Below are positions 1-8,741 of a DNA stretch of 55,616 nucleotides, piece after piece. Below the pieces are notes generated by a model, which made no database searches, was not told the DNA's origin, and saw only the letters and a list, made by a program, of their open reading frames with translations. The DNA is from Lachnospiraceae bacterium. GTDB lineage: Bacteria > Bacillota > Clostridia > Lachnospirales > Lachnospiraceae. Position 1 is the first letter of the stretch. Every line of letters starts with the position of its first letter. The stretch lies in contig JAJPXG010000121.1 in the NCBI GenBank assembly GCA_021205565.1, forward strand, positions 438 through 56,053, in the 5' to 3' direction. The translations under genes and the position numbers were made by a program.

Positions 1-1163
1 GTCGGCACACCGATTACCATACCAATCACACCGAAGAAACCGCTGAATACAATGATGGAAAAAATGACCCAGAAACCTGTAATACCTGTGGAATTGCCCA
101 AAATCCTGGGTCCCAGTACATATCCGTCAAAAAGCTGCAGCAAAAGAATCAGCAGGCCAAAATACACCATATTCAGAGGGTGTGTTGGTTCCACTACAAA
201 GACAAGAATGGCACAGGGAATGCCTCCGATAAATGGACCAAAAAACGGAATGATATTGGTTACACCAACAATCAGACTCACCAGACCATTGTACGGGGTA
301 CCTAATATGGTGGTAAAGAGGAGACACAGACAACCGATGATAAAAGAATCCAGCACTTTTCCGCCTATAAAGCCAATATAGGTTTTATGAGTATATTTTG
401 CGTCTGCAAGAAGCTGATTTGCAGTATCTTCTGAAAACAGACAATATGCAATTTTTCGCGCCTGGCCGACGAACATTTCCTTGGAACTGATCATGTATAA
501 TGCAAATATAAAGCCAAGAATGAAATTCCACAGCGTATTCAGAACGGTAAGGCTTCCGGCAAAGACGGTCAGCAAAACACTGCTCAGATTGGCAAATAGT
601 GTTGTAATAGAATCTTCTGCTTTGGTATAGAGAAAATTATACAGGTTTGTAACCTGTTCAGCAACTTCCGGGTAATCTTCAAAAGCTGTATTAAAAAATT
701 CCTGTATATTTGCGGAATATACGCTGATATTTGCAATAATATCATTAATACTTGGAATAATCTGGGAGATAAACAGATACACGATCAGAAAAAGAACTAC
801 CAGTGTCAGAATCGCGGTCAACAGTACCGATATTCCGCGTGTTCCACATTTCAGTCCGGCTTTTTTAAGAATACGGGTTGTGACACTTCGTTCTATCCAA
901 TTCAGAATCGGCGTCATCAGATAGGCAATCACAAATCCATAGAAAACAGGCTTGAAGATACCGGCCAGAAAGTTATATGCAGAGGAAAGCTTCTCAGAAT
1001 GAAACAGCACATAATATACGCCCATCAACGCAGCGCAGGTAACAAAGACAACTATGCCAATTCCAAGCGCATAATAACGAAATCCCGGCTCCGGTCTGCT
1101 GTTTTCTTCATCATCCGGTACATAATGATTTTGTTTGTGGATATTTTCCGAATTCTTATTCAT
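1..1163 (-). CDS. AI-2E family transporter (PerM/YtvI-like permease); 3' end runs off the window
   Basis: Absent from the ORF track because it has no stop inside the window. My reverse-strand translation from ATG at 1163 gives MNKNSENIHKQNHYVPDDEENSRPEPGFRYYALGIGIVVFVTCAALMGVYYVLF... It stays open to base 1, has multiple hydrophobic segments, and contains ...GKVLDSFIIG...VTNIIPFFGPFIGGIPCAILVF...LGPRILGNSTG..., which is typical of the AI-2E/UPF0118 family. Confidence 0.8.
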   Translation of the reverse strand, partial: MNKNSENIHKQNHYVPDDEENSRPEPGFRYYALGIGIVVFVTCAALMGVYYVLFHSEKLSSAYNFLAGIFKPVFYGFVIAYLMTPILNWIERSVTTRILKKAGLKCGTRGISVLLTAILTLVVLFLIVYLFISQIIPSINDIIANISVYSANIQEFFNTAFEDYPEVAEQVTNLYNFLYTKAEDSITTLFANLSSVLLTVFAGSLTVLNTLWNFILGFIFALYMISSKEMFVGQARKIAYCLFSEDTANQLLADAKYTHKTYIGFIGGKVLDSFIIGCLCLLFTTILGTPYNGLVSLIVGVTNIIPFFGPFIGGIPCAILVFVVEPTHPLNMVYFGLLILLLQLFDGYVLGPRILGNSTGITGFWVIFSIIVFSGFFGVIGMVIGVP

Positions 1164-1257
1164 GACGTTGTATTCCTCCAGCATTCGTTATTATATAACA
1201 ATCCCTTTTTGTTTTCTACCAGTTTTTTATTCGAATTCTTAAAGTTTTTATGAACGC

Positions 1258-1286
1258 TTGCAGAATCCTTAAAATTGTAGTATGAT
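1258..1286 (+). promoter_or_regulatory. Putative sigma-A promoter for the recombinase gene
   Basis: TTGCAG (1258-1263), a 17-nt spacer, then TATGAT (1281-1286), about 50 nt upstream of the ATG at 1335. Confidence 0.4.
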
Positions 1287-1334
1287 ACTGCAAATACAAC
1301 TATTCGCAAAATACCAAACAAAAGGACTTGTGTC

Positions 1335-2384
1335 ATGTCAGAAAACTCATATCATTCTGAGGTAGATAAACAAAATATAGCCAAATTACGCGAGGTACTC
1401 TCCACTCTTCCGCGCTTCCTGAAATCCTTTTTCCTGGGAATACAGGAAAACACATCAACGCGCACCCGTCTGGCATATGCGTATGATCTGAGGGTATTCT
1501 TTGAATATCTCCATGAAAATAACTCTGTCTGTCAGAAGATGGAAATTACCGACTTTCCTCTCTCACTGCTTGATCAGATCCGGAAAGAGGATATCGAGGA
1601 GTATATGGAATATGTCAGTTTTTATGTGAAGAATGATCATGAAATTACCAATAAAGAGCGCGGAAAAGCCAGGAAGCTCTCGGCGCTCAAAACAATGTAC
1701 AATTACTTTTTCGTCAGTGAAAAAATCGAACACAATCCTGCTGCTCTGGTGCGTATGCCGAAGCTGCACGAGAATGCGATTATCCGGCTGGAGCCAAATG
1801 AGGTAGCCACTCTTTTAGACCAGGTGGAGGCCGGAGAAAAACTGACACCGAAGGAACTGGAATATCATAAAAAAACGCGCACCCGTGATCTGGCAATCCT
1901 GACACTGCTGTTGGGAACCGGGATTCGGGTATCGGAATGCGTCGGAATTGATATGACAGACCTCGACTTTGATGTCAACGGTGTCAAGGTGCGAAGAAAA
2001 GGCGGCTATGACGCTGTAGTCTACTTTGGTGATGAGGTAGAAAAAGCGCTTAAGGACTATCTGGATGAAAGAGAACTGATCATCCCCTGCGAGGGCCATG
2101 AGGACGCACTATTCCTCTCCCTGCAGAACAAGCGGATCAGTGTCCGCAGTGTGGAACTGTTAGTCAAAAAATATGCCTCCAGGGTAACAACGCTCAAAAA
2201 AATCACACCGCATAAGCTGCGCAGCACTTATGGAACCAGCCTTTATGAAGAAACCGGAGATATCTATCTGGTAGCCGATGTCCTTGGGCATAAAGATGTC
2301 AACACTACCCGAAAACACTATGCGGCTCAGGCAGATATGCGCAGGCGACAGGCCGCCAATAAGGTAAAATTGCGGGAGGATTGA
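1335..2384 (+). CDS. Tyrosine recombinase, XerC/XerD (phage-integrase) family
   Basis: 349-aa ORF. The N-terminal SAM-like core-binding region (RTRLAYAYDLRVFFEYL) is followed by a catalytic domain with ...GIRVSEC..., HKLRSTYGTSLY and LGHKDVNTTRKHY (R..H-x-x-R..Y signature). Confidence 0.85.
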   Translation: MSENSYHSEVDKQNIAKLREVLSTLPRFLKSFFLGIQENTSTRTRLAYAYDLRVFFEYLHENNSVCQKMEITDFPLSLLDQIRKEDIEEYMEYVSFYVKNDHEITNKERGKARKLSALKTMYNYFFVSEKIEHNPAALVRMPKLHENAIIRLEPNEVATLLDQVEAGEKLTPKELEYHKKTRTRDLAILTLLLGTGIRVSECVGIDMTDLDFDVNGVKVRRKGGYDAVVYFGDEVEKALKDYLDERELIIPCEGHEDALFLSLQNKRISVRSVELLVKKYASRVTTLKKITPHKLRSTYGTSLYEETGDIYLVADVLGHKDVNTTRKHYAAQADMRRRQAANKVKLRED

Positions 2385-2392
2385 ATCATATT

Positions 2393-2436
2393 CCCGGATA
2401 TCAGAATTTTAATTATCCGATATCCGGGTTCTTTTG
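2393..2436 (+). terminator. Rho-independent terminator after the recombinase gene
   Basis: CCCGGATATC (2393-2402) pairs with GATATCCGGG (2419-2428) and is followed by TTCTTTTG. Confidence 0.6.
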
Positions 2437-2566
2437 TGTATCATCAGTTCTATCATTGGTATCTTGCCTGATTTATCCGGGATATTTTACTTAGTTTCTC
2501 TTTTGAAATGTTTTCCTGCGTATTTTCAAAAGCTTCTTTGGTATATATATGTATCTTAAGAGCGGC

Positions 2567-2977
2567 TCAGTCAGTGCCGTTCATAAGAACCTCGGAAGAA
2601 TAATAGGGTACAACAATTGTAGTGCCGTAATAAATTGTGCCTTCACTGTCAAGCTGATTGATAGCTATAATCTCATCCGCAAGGTCTTTCACCGATTCAT
2701 ACCTGTCACTCATATAAGAATCGGCGATCTTCCACACACTGTCACCGGTTCTGACGTACACCTGTGTATAGTATTTGTGATAAACAGTCGTCTCCCTGTC
2801 GCGGGCAGCGGCAATCAGAGCGTTGGCTGATACAACAGCTGTAACCAGAAACAGAACAGAAAACAGCGTAACTGCAATCCTAACCTTTCTGATCTGCGCA
2901 CGTCTTCTCTTTTCTTCCAGCTTCTCCCGTCTTAAATTTCTGCGATATTCAAAATTATGATCCATCATATCCTCCAT
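2567..2977 (-). CDS. LysM-domain single-pass membrane protein, YneA-like SOS cell-division inhibitor candidate
   Basis: 136-aa ORF with a basic N-terminus (RRNLRREKLEEKRRRAQIRK) and one TM segment (IAVTLFSVLFLVTAVVSANALIAAA). The C-terminal LysM-like segment reads YVRTGDSVWKIADSYM...LADEIIAINQLDSEGTIYYGTTIVVP. It is divergent from lexA and has LexA boxes in its promoter. The true start could be one of the ATGs 9-12 nt downstream (MEDMMD). Confidence 0.75.
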   Translation of the reverse strand: MEDMMDHNFEYRRNLRREKLEEKRRRAQIRKVRIAVTLFSVLFLVTAVVSANALIAAARDRETTVYHKYYTQVYVRTGDSVWKIADSYMSDRYESVKDLADEIIAINQLDSEGTIYYGTTIVVPYYSSEVLMNGTD

Positions 2978-2996
2978 CTTTCACAATATGCAAACA

Positions 2997-3084
2997 CGAA
3001 CATCTGTTCTGTATAAAGCTATTATATTGCCAGAACAAATGTTTGTCAAGAAAAATCGAACAAATTTTCGAGAATATATGTTTG
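2997..3084. promoter_or_regulatory. Array of four LexA (Cheo-type) operator boxes
   Basis: The boxes are CGAACATCTGTTCT (2997-3010), AGAACAAATGTTTG (3032-3045), CGAACAAATTTTCG (3057-3070) and AGAATATATGTTTG (3071-3084). They were compared with the Firmicute consensus CGAAC-N4-GTTCG; the first three match best. Confidence 0.7.
3021..3049 (-). promoter_or_regulatory. Near-consensus sigma-A promoter of the LysM gene, occluded by LexA boxes
   Basis: The minus strand reads TTGACA (3049-3044), a 17-nt spacer, then TATAAT (3026-3021). LexA box 2 fills the spacer and box 1 lies just downstream of the -10. Confidence 0.6.
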
Positions 3085-3110
3085 CTTTTTGGAGGAGGAT
3101 GTGTTACTAT
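3082..3110 (+). promoter_or_regulatory. Putative lexA promoter
   Basis: TTGCTT (3082-3087), a 17-nt spacer, then TACTAT (3105-3110). LexA box 4 overlaps the -35, consistent with autoregulation. Confidence 0.45.
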
Positions 3111-3182
3111 CTAAACAGGTTTTCAATGCATTTTGGAATATGGGGATTCACCTGTTCATACAAAAGATATGGAGGAACTATC

Positions 3183-3800
3183 ATGAGCTATGAGAATTTA
3201 TCAATGAAACAGCAGGAAATTCTGGAGTATCTGAAGGACTGTATTTTAAAAAAGGGATATCCGCCGGCTGTTCGCGAAATCTGTGACGCAGTCGGTTTGA
3301 AATCGACTTCCTCTGTACACTCCCATCTGGAGACGCTGGAGAAAAAGGGGTATATCCGTAAGGACCCGTCCAAGCCCCGTGCTATTGAAATCTGTGACGA
3401 CAGCTTTCAGATGCTCCGTACTGAGATGGTCAATGTTCCCCTGGTTGGCAATGTGGCCGCCGGCACTCCTATCCTTGCTGAACAGAATATTGAAGGGTAC
3501 TTTCCCATCCCCGCGGAGTTTATTCCGAAGGGAGAATCCTTTTCTCTGAAGGTTCGCGGCGATTCCATGATCAATGCAGGTATTTTTAACGGAGATCAGA
3601 TTTTTGTACAGTGCTGTCAGGAAGCCAGAAACGGAGACATTGTTGTGGCTATGATTGAAGATTCCGCTACCCTGAAGACTTTTTATAAAGAAAACGGCCA
3701 CATCCGTTTGCAGCCCGAGAACGACTCCATGGAACCGATTATCGTGGATGACTGCCAGATTTTGGGAAAGGTTTTTGGTGTTTTTCGTTTTTGCAGTTGA
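3183..3800 (+). CDS. lexA: LexA repressor (SOS regulator, S24 autopeptidase)
   Basis: The track ORF 2988-3800 is trimmed to the ATG at 3183, which is preceded by GGAGGA. The product starts MSYENLSMKQQEILEYLKDCILKKGYPPAVREICDAVGLKSTSSVHSHLETLEKKGYIRKD. It contains the VAAG cleavage region and the GDSM...K catalytic Ser/Lys motifs. Confidence 0.95.
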   Translation: MSYENLSMKQQEILEYLKDCILKKGYPPAVREICDAVGLKSTSSVHSHLETLEKKGYIRKDPSKPRAIEICDDSFQMLRTEMVNVPLVGNVAAGTPILAEQNIEGYFPIPAEFIPKGESFSLKVRGDSMINAGIFNGDQIFVQCCQEARNGDIVVAMIEDSATLKTFYKENGHIRLQPENDSMEPIIVDDCQILGKVFGVFRFCS

Positions 3801-3920
3801 TTCATCCTTTCATTATGCAGCAGTGGCGGTACACACAGAGCTGTTTTGCCTATCTGTCTGATATTCATGTATAAATTATCATTTTCCGGATATATTATAA
3901 GTCAAAAGGAGGTAATTTAT

Positions 3921-4127
3921 ATGGGTAACAAGGCATTAGACGGAACTGCTCTGACCATCGCCGTAATCGGGGCGATCAACTGGGGGCTGATTGGTTTTTT
4001 TCAATTTGATCTCGTCGCTTTTCTGTTTGGCGATATGAGCTGGCTGTCCAGGATTATCTATGCGATCGTGGGAATTTGCGGCCTTTATCTCATCTCGTTT
4101 TATTCACGTTTGGGAAACCGGGAGTGA
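3921..4127 (+). CDS. DUF378-family small membrane protein
   Basis: The ATG at 3921 lies 7 nt after AAAGGAGG. The 68-aa product is MGNKALDGTALTIAVIGAINWGLIGFFQFDLVAFLFG...IIYAIVGICGLY, which has the characteristic DUF378 pattern. Confidence 0.8.
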   Translation: MGNKALDGTALTIAVIGAINWGLIGFFQFDLVAFLFGDMSWLSRIIYAIVGICGLYLISFYSRLGNRE

Positions 4128-4178
4128 ATTCCGCTGCCTGTTTTGATCTGAGCGGGATACAACACGTAACTGATATAG

Positions 4179-4236
4179 AAAATGACAGGCATCCCAGCAT
4201 GCATGGAAGCATGTGTGATGCCTGTCATTTTTCATT
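4179..4236. terminator. Bidirectional rho-independent terminator between convergent genes
   Basis: A perfect 15-bp inverted repeat, AAAATGACAGGCATC (4179-4193) with GATGCCTGTCATTTT (4217-4231), is flanked by A/T runs on both sides. Confidence 0.7.
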
Positions 4237-4304
4237 TACTTTCTTATACTTCCGGTCTATTTACAGTGAAAAAGAAAAGCTCCTCCGTACATGGAGCATT
4301 CTCT

Positions 4305-4661
4305 TTACAGAAAATCAGCAGCGTCCATCACGATGCCGTCCCGCCAGATGCGCTCCAGGTCATAAAAAAGCCTGTTCTCCTTATCAAAAACATGCACAAT
4401 GACATCCTTAAAATCCATCAGAATCCAGTTTGCGCTGTCATATCCTTCCACCTGCTTTACAAAAATACCGGCTCTGCCTAAAACCTCCTGTACATTGTCA
4501 CAAAGAGCCTGTACCTGACTGCGATTGGAACCGCTGGCGATAATAAAATAATCCGCAATCACGGTCACTTTGCTGATATCAATGATTTTGATGTCCTCGC
4601 CCTTTTTGTCGGACAACGCGTCAATTGCCAGTTTCGCGATTTCTTTTGATTCCATTTCCAT
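4305..4661 (-). CDS. rsfS: Ribosome silencing factor RsfS
   Basis: 118 aa with ...IADYFIIASGSNRSQVQALCDNVQEVL...GYDSANWILMDFKDVIVHVFDKENRLFYDLERIW. It occupies the conserved position after yqeK/nadD. Confidence 0.9.
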   Translation of the reverse strand: MEMESKEIAKLAIDALSDKKGEDIKIIDISKVTVIADYFIIASGSNRSQVQALCDNVQEVLGRAGIFVKQVEGYDSANWILMDFKDVIVHVFDKENRLFYDLERIWRDGIVMDAADFL

Positions 4662-4680
4662 GGTATGGTCTCCTTTACTT

Positions 4681-5256
4681 TTACTTTGCTTGTTTCAGAT
4701 AATAATCCAGCGTTCGCTGTGTTCCTGGATGAATATCCGATTTTGATTTTGTTAAATACTCCATTGTATCCTGCAGGATTTTCAATACAGCCTGATCAAT
4801 GTCACAGAAAGCCAGCTTGCGGATCTTAGGCAGATTGGCAGCCTTATTTCTGCCCGGTTCAATGTAATCTGCCACAAAAATAATTTTTTCCAGCAGACTC
4901 ATACCAGGTCTGCCGGTAGTATGGCTGCTGATGGCGTTCAGGACATCTTTGTCTGTTTCCTCGTAAAGGTCTTTCGCAAGCTTTGCACCCAGCTCCGCGT
5001 GCAGCAGAGATGGATTTCTGCGTTCCACCGCGGAAATATTGATATGAAATTTCTCACACAGTGCAAGCTTTTCCGTATCGGAAAGGCACTTGGCGCAGTC
5101 GTGGAGCATACCCGCCCGCAGGGCCTTTTCCACATCCGCGCCATGAACGGCAGCCAGATTCGCGGCGGTATAAGCGACGCTTAGTGTATGCTCATAACGC
5201 TCGTCATCCATTACCTTTTTCATTTTCTTTCTGAGCTTTTTGAAATCCATACGCAA
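4681..5256 (-). CDS. yqeK: HD-domain bis(5'-nucleosyl)-tetraphosphatase YqeK
   Basis: 191 aa with RYEHTLSVAYTA...MLHDCAK...HAELGA...ISSHTTG...IIFVADYIEPGR (HD motif). It is in synteny with nadD. Confidence 0.85.
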   Translation of the reverse strand: MRMDFKKLRKKMKKVMDDERYEHTLSVAYTAANLAAVHGADVEKALRAGMLHDCAKCLSDTEKLALCEKFHINISAVERRNPSLLHAELGAKLAKDLYEETDKDVLNAISSHTTGRPGMSLLEKIIFVADYIEPGRNKAANLPKIRKLAFCDIDQAVLKILQDTMEYLTKSKSDIHPGTQRTLDYYLKQAK

Positions 5257-5273
5257 TCCCGCCTTGCTTCTTC

Positions 5274-5888
5274 TTATGTGTATTTTGAGGTATACAGGCC
5301 GTTTTGCCGGATATAATCGGCAACCGGCTCCGGGATAAGACCGTCAGCCATATTCCCTTTTTTGATCATTTCCCGGATCATGCTGGAAGAAACGGACTGT
5401 TCACGAAAGGGAATCCGCACAATCCTAGCCTGGAAACAGGTCTTCAGCTCTTTAAGCAGTTCCATCAGCTCCTCATCTTCTTTTCCGGGGCGGCCTACGA
5501 TTCCCAGTGTGCACAGGGCTGCAATTCTCTCCGGGTGATACCAGTGAGAAAAGTAGAAAGCAGAGTCTGCACCCATCAGAAAATAGAATTCATCCGCCGG
5601 ATAAAGAGCATTCAACTCTTCGAGTGTATCCGCGGTATACGTGTTTCCGGGTCTTTTAATTTCGAGATCGCAGAAGGAAAAATAAGGAATATCCCGGATT
5701 GCCAGCCTTACCATATCTGCACGCACTTCTCCGGATGGGATATCCATATCTTTTTTTAAATAAGAACGACCGCTTGGCATGAACCAGACCTGATCCAGAC
5801 CGCAGTATTCGTAAGCTGCCTGTGCCAGAGCCAGATGTGCATTGTGTATAGGATTGAAAGTACCGCCCATCAGGCCGATTTTTGCCAT
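5274..5888 (-). CDS. nadD: Nicotinate-nucleotide adenylyltransferase
   Basis: 204 aa. The N-terminus is IGLMGGTFNPIHNAHL ((H/T)xGH-type motif), followed later by SSSMIRE. Confidence 0.9.
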   Translation of the reverse strand: MAKIGLMGGTFNPIHNAHLALAQAAYEYCGLDQVWFMPSGRSYLKKDMDIPSGEVRADMVRLAIRDIPYFSFCDLEIKRPGNTYTADTLEELNALYPADEFYFLMGADSAFYFSHWYHPERIAALCTLGIVGRPGKEDEELMELLKELKTCFQARIVRIPFREQSVSSSMIREMIKKGNMADGLIPEPVADYIRQNGLYTSKYT

Positions 5889-5900
5889 CTGTTTTCTCCT

Positions 5901-6197
5901 TTACAGGGGCAGCATAATCTTCTTATTGTCCTTGTTTTCTTTGTACAGAACAATTTTTTTGCCGATGACCTGTACCACCTGGGAACGGGTTCGGCCTGCA
6001 ACTGTGTATGCAAGCTCCTTCGGATCGTCCAGGCAGTTATTCAGGACACTGATTTTAATCAGTTCTCTTCTGTTAAAAGCTTCACTGACCGCTTCCACAA
6101 ACTCGGGCGTCACGGACGATTTTCCGATCTGCAGAACAGGGTCTAAATCGCTTGCAAGATGTATGAGATAAGCACGTTGTTTGCTTGTCATTTTCAC
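5901..6197 (-). CDS. yhbY: YhbY/CRM-domain RNA-binding protein
   Basis: 98 aa: MTSKQRAYLIHLASDLDPVLQIGKSSVTPEFVEAVSEAFNRRELIKI... It lies between obg and nadD, as in other Firmicutes. Confidence 0.85.
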   Translation of the reverse strand: MKMTSKQRAYLIHLASDLDPVLQIGKSSVTPEFVEAVSEAFNRRELIKISVLNNCLDDPKELAYTVAGRTRSQVVQVIGKKIVLYKENKDNKKIMLPL

Positions 6198-6234
6198 TCC
6201 TTAGGTCCGATGATTGAAATATAATGATCGGACT

Positions 6235-7530
6235 TTAGTTTTTGTAATAATCAAAGGACAGATCCAGTACCTTCACGGTGTCGCCGTCCTGAATTCCCAT
6301 TCTCTCCAGCTCTGCCAGAATTCCCTTCTCCTTCAGGAAATCCTGGAAGAATTTGAAGCCCTTTTCACTTTCCAGGTTGGTGTAACCAAGCATTTTCTCA
6401 ATGCTCTGGCCTTCCACCACATAGGCTTCTTCCTTGCTGTCGTAGGTCACACTGAAGGGCCCGTCGTCGGTATTTCTCTCCAGTTCCGGGAAATATTCCT
6501 GCTCAAAGACAACCGGCTTTTCATCCAGACTGGATAGCATGTCCAGAACCCTGTATAAAAGCTCTCTGACGCCTTTTCCGGTTGCAGCTGAGATCGGCAT
6601 GACCTGATAGCCCTGCGGCTCAAATTCGGCCTTCAGGCGGCTCACAGCCTCGGACGCACCAGCCGCATCCAGTAAATCAAGCTTATTGGCGGCAATTACC
6701 TGCGGCCGAGTGGGAAGGAGCGGATTATAATACTCCAGTTCCCGGTTGATGGCATAAATATCCTCCACGGGATCCCGGCCTTCGCTGCCGGCGGCATCCA
6801 CAATGTGAATCAACACCTTCGTGCGTTCCACATGGCGCAGGAATTCATGGCCTAAGCCAATACCCTCGCTTGCACCCTCGATCAGACCCGGAATGTCCGC
6901 CATCACAAAACCCTTGCCGTCATCCAGATCCACCACACCCAGATTGGGCTGAAGTGTGGTAAAATGGTAATTGGCAATTTTCGGCTTTGCGTTGGAGACA
7001 CGGCTTAAGAGGGTTGATTTTCCGACATTGGGAAAGCCCACCAGACCAACGTCTGCAATAACCTTCAGCTCCAGGATGAGCTCAAGCTCCTGCGCAGGCT
7101 GTCCGGGCTGGGCGTATTTGGGAGCCTGCATGGTCGGCGTGGCGTAACGGGCGTTTCCCCTGCCGCCTCTGCCGCCCTTTAAAAGCACTGTTTCTTTGGT
7201 GTCGCCGGACATGTCCACTATCACTTTTCCGGTGGTGGCTTCCTTAATAACGGTTCCGACCGGCACCTTGATATAAAGATCCTCGCCGCTTTTGCCTGTT
7301 CGGTTCTTTTTATCACCTTCGGCGCCGCTCTCAGCCACGTATTTCCGCACATGTCTGAAATCCGTCAGAGTATTCAGGCCTTCATCCACGCAGAAAATCA
7401 CACTGCCGCCGTTGCCGCCGTCCCCGCCGTCCGGTCCGCCGTCCGGGACAAATTTTTCTCTTCTGAAGGAGACGTGACCGTTGCCGCCCGCTCCGCTTTT
7501 TACAATGATTCTTGCTCTGTCGGCAAACAT
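6235..7530 (-). CDS. obg: GTPase Obg/CgtA
   Basis: 431 aa. It starts MFADRARIIVKSGAGGNGHVSFRREKF, has a Gly-rich Obg fold, G motifs GFPNVGKSTL / DIPGLIEGAS / NKLD, and a C-terminal OCT domain. Confidence 0.95.
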   Translation of the reverse strand: MFADRARIIVKSGAGGNGHVSFRREKFVPDGGPDGGDGGNGGSVIFCVDEGLNTLTDFRHVRKYVAESGAEGDKKNRTGKSGEDLYIKVPVGTVIKEATTGKVIVDMSGDTKETVLLKGGRGGRGNARYATPTMQAPKYAQPGQPAQELELILELKVIADVGLVGFPNVGKSTLLSRVSNAKPKIANYHFTTLQPNLGVVDLDDGKGFVMADIPGLIEGASEGIGLGHEFLRHVERTKVLIHIVDAAGSEGRDPVEDIYAINRELEYYNPLLPTRPQVIAANKLDLLDAAGASEAVSRLKAEFEPQGYQVMPISAATGKGVRELLYRVLDMLSSLDEKPVVFEQEYFPELERNTDDGPFSVTYDSKEEAYVVEGQSIEKMLGYTNLESEKGFKFFQDFLKEKGILAELERMGIQDGDTVKVLDLSFDYYKN

Positions 7531-7634
7531 CTGCCGCCTCCTTTAAAACTGATCTGTCTGTCAGGGAAGACAGGCCGGAAAATGAAAGAGCTCCAAACAT
7601 CTATGTCTGGAGCCCCGTTTCTGATCTGTGCTGC

Positions 7635-7922
7635 TTAAGCCTCGGCCACCGGATATACAGAAGCCTTCTTCTTGTCGCGGCCCATTCTCTCAAATCTGAG
7701 AATTCCGTCTGCAGTCGCAAACAATGTGTCGTCTCCGCCACGGCCTACATTTGTGCCGGGATGGATCTTCGTGCCGCGCTGTCTGTAAATGATGTTACCA
7801 GCCTTGACAAACTGTCCGTCCGCTCTCTTTGCACCAAGTCTCTTGGATTCGGAATCTCTGCCGTTCTTGGTAGAGCCCATTCCTTTTTTATGGGCAAAAA
7901 ACTGAAGGTTCAGATTTAACAT
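7635..7922 (-). CDS. rpmA: 50S ribosomal protein L27 with N-terminal propeptide
   Basis: The track ORF is trimmed to the ATG at 7922. The product is [39 protein letters not shown]... The MLNLNLQFF extension before AHKKG is the Prp-cleaved propeptide type. Confidence 0.95.
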   Translation of the reverse strand: MLNLNLQFFAHKKGMGSTKNGRDSESKRLGAKRADGQFVKAGNIIYRQRGTKIHPGTNVGRGGDDTLFATADGILRFERMGRDKKKASVYPVAEA

Positions 7923-7926
7923 GACT

Positions 7927-8259
7927 TTACACCTCCTTAAATTCCAATAAACAATACTTCCCGCCGTACTGCCGGCTGATGTCACTCAAACCAAGAACCA
8001 GCGTATCCATCAGAGTCACCGCTTCAGATGATAGGCTGCTTTGAAAATCGCAGCGGATAAAGCCGGTCTCCTCATTGGTCTGCACTTTAAGCTTTGTGTC
8101 CGTGAATTTCTCCAGCCCGTTGATGGTGTTGATTACCAGGACGGAAATGGAGGCACAGACCATATCCTTTTCAAAGTGAAACCGCTTATGTCCTGCATGT
8201 CCCATGCAAATCATGGAACGATAGCTGTCTCCTGATTTTTCAAAAATGATTGTAGTCAT
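7927..8259 (-). CDS. prp: Ribosomal-processing cysteine protease Prp
   Basis: 110 aa located between rplU and rpmA. It contains GHAG...H and VCASISVL motifs (His/Cys dyad). Confidence 0.85.
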   Translation of the reverse strand: MTTIIFEKSGDSYRSMICMGHAGHKRFHFEKDMVCASISVLVINTINGLEKFTDTKLKVQTNEETGFIRCDFQSSLSSEAVTLMDTLVLGLSDISRQYGGKYCLLEFKEV

Positions 8260-8281
8260 ATACCAGATATAGCCAAAGCAC

Positions 8282-8587
8282 TTACGCGTTGATCTTATCG
8301 ATCTTTACCTGTGTGTATGCCTGTCTGTGACCGTTCTTTTTGTGATAGCCGGTCTTTCTCTTATACTTGTAAACGATGACCTTTTTGCCTCTGCCCTGAC
8401 CGGTTACGGTCGCTGTGACAGTTGCACCGGCTGCATCCGCGCCGGCCCTGAAAGTCTCACCGCTTACTGCCAGGACCTGGTCAAAAGTAATTTCACTGCC
8501 GGTCTCTGCGTTGAGCTTCTCAACTCTGATCACATCACCTTCGGCTACTTTATACTGCTTGCCGCCTGTTGCAATAATTGCGTACAT
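8282..8587 (-). CDS. rplU: 50S ribosomal protein L21
   Basis: [25 protein letters not shown]... The ATG at 8587 lies 8 nt after AGGAGG. The track start at 8596 is a GTG inside the RBS spacer. Confidence 0.95.
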   Translation of the reverse strand: MYAIIATGGKQYKVAEGDVIRVEKLNAETGSEITFDQVLAVSGETFRAGADAAGATVTATVTGQGRGKKVIVYKYKRKTGYHKKNGHRQAYTQVKIDKINA

Positions 8588-8675
8588 CCAAGACACCTCC
8601 TGTTATTTACTCGCTAACTGCGGTGACACCCCATTTTGGGCATACTTATACCTCGTTAAGCGGCATACCTTAGGT
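8588..8675 (-). promoter_or_regulatory. 5' leader of the rplU-prp-rpmA operon (candidate L21-leader type autoregulatory RNA)
   Basis: The untranslated leader is about 85 nt, between the mapped promoter and the RBS. A ribosomal-protein L21 leader RNA family is described for Firmicutes at this position. I could not fold or score it. Confidence 0.35.
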
Positions 8676-8704
8676 ATAATAGCAACTGTTTGGACGTTTG
8701 TCAA
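8676..8704 (-). promoter_or_regulatory. Sigma-A promoter of the L21 operon
   Basis: The minus strand reads TTGACA (8704-8699), a 17-nt spacer, then TATTAT (8681-8676), preceded by TGC (extended -10-like). Confidence 0.6.
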
Positions 8705-8741
8705 CTGTTTTTTGGCTCTAAGAGGTGATTTTTTGAAGGCC

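Noticed and set aside
1335-2384. Tyrosine recombinase as marker of an integrated mobile element
   Set aside because: I saw no flanking att-like repeats, phage or conjugation genes, or tRNA target. The neighbours are housekeeping genes, so it is more consistent with a chromosomal Xer-type recombinase.
2988-3182. The 65-codon N-terminal extension of the lexA ORF in the track (MQTRTSVLYK...)
   Set aside because: It covers the operator/promoter region and has no RBS. LexA homologs begin at the MSYENLSMKQQEIL-type N-terminus, which here has a GGAGGA RBS at the correct distance (start 3183).
3085-3182. Upstream ATG (3098) after GGAGGAGG as an alternative lexA start or leader peptide
   Set aside because: The Shine-Dalgarno-like run directly abuts the ATG with no spacing, and the encoded extension has no counterpart in LexA proteins.
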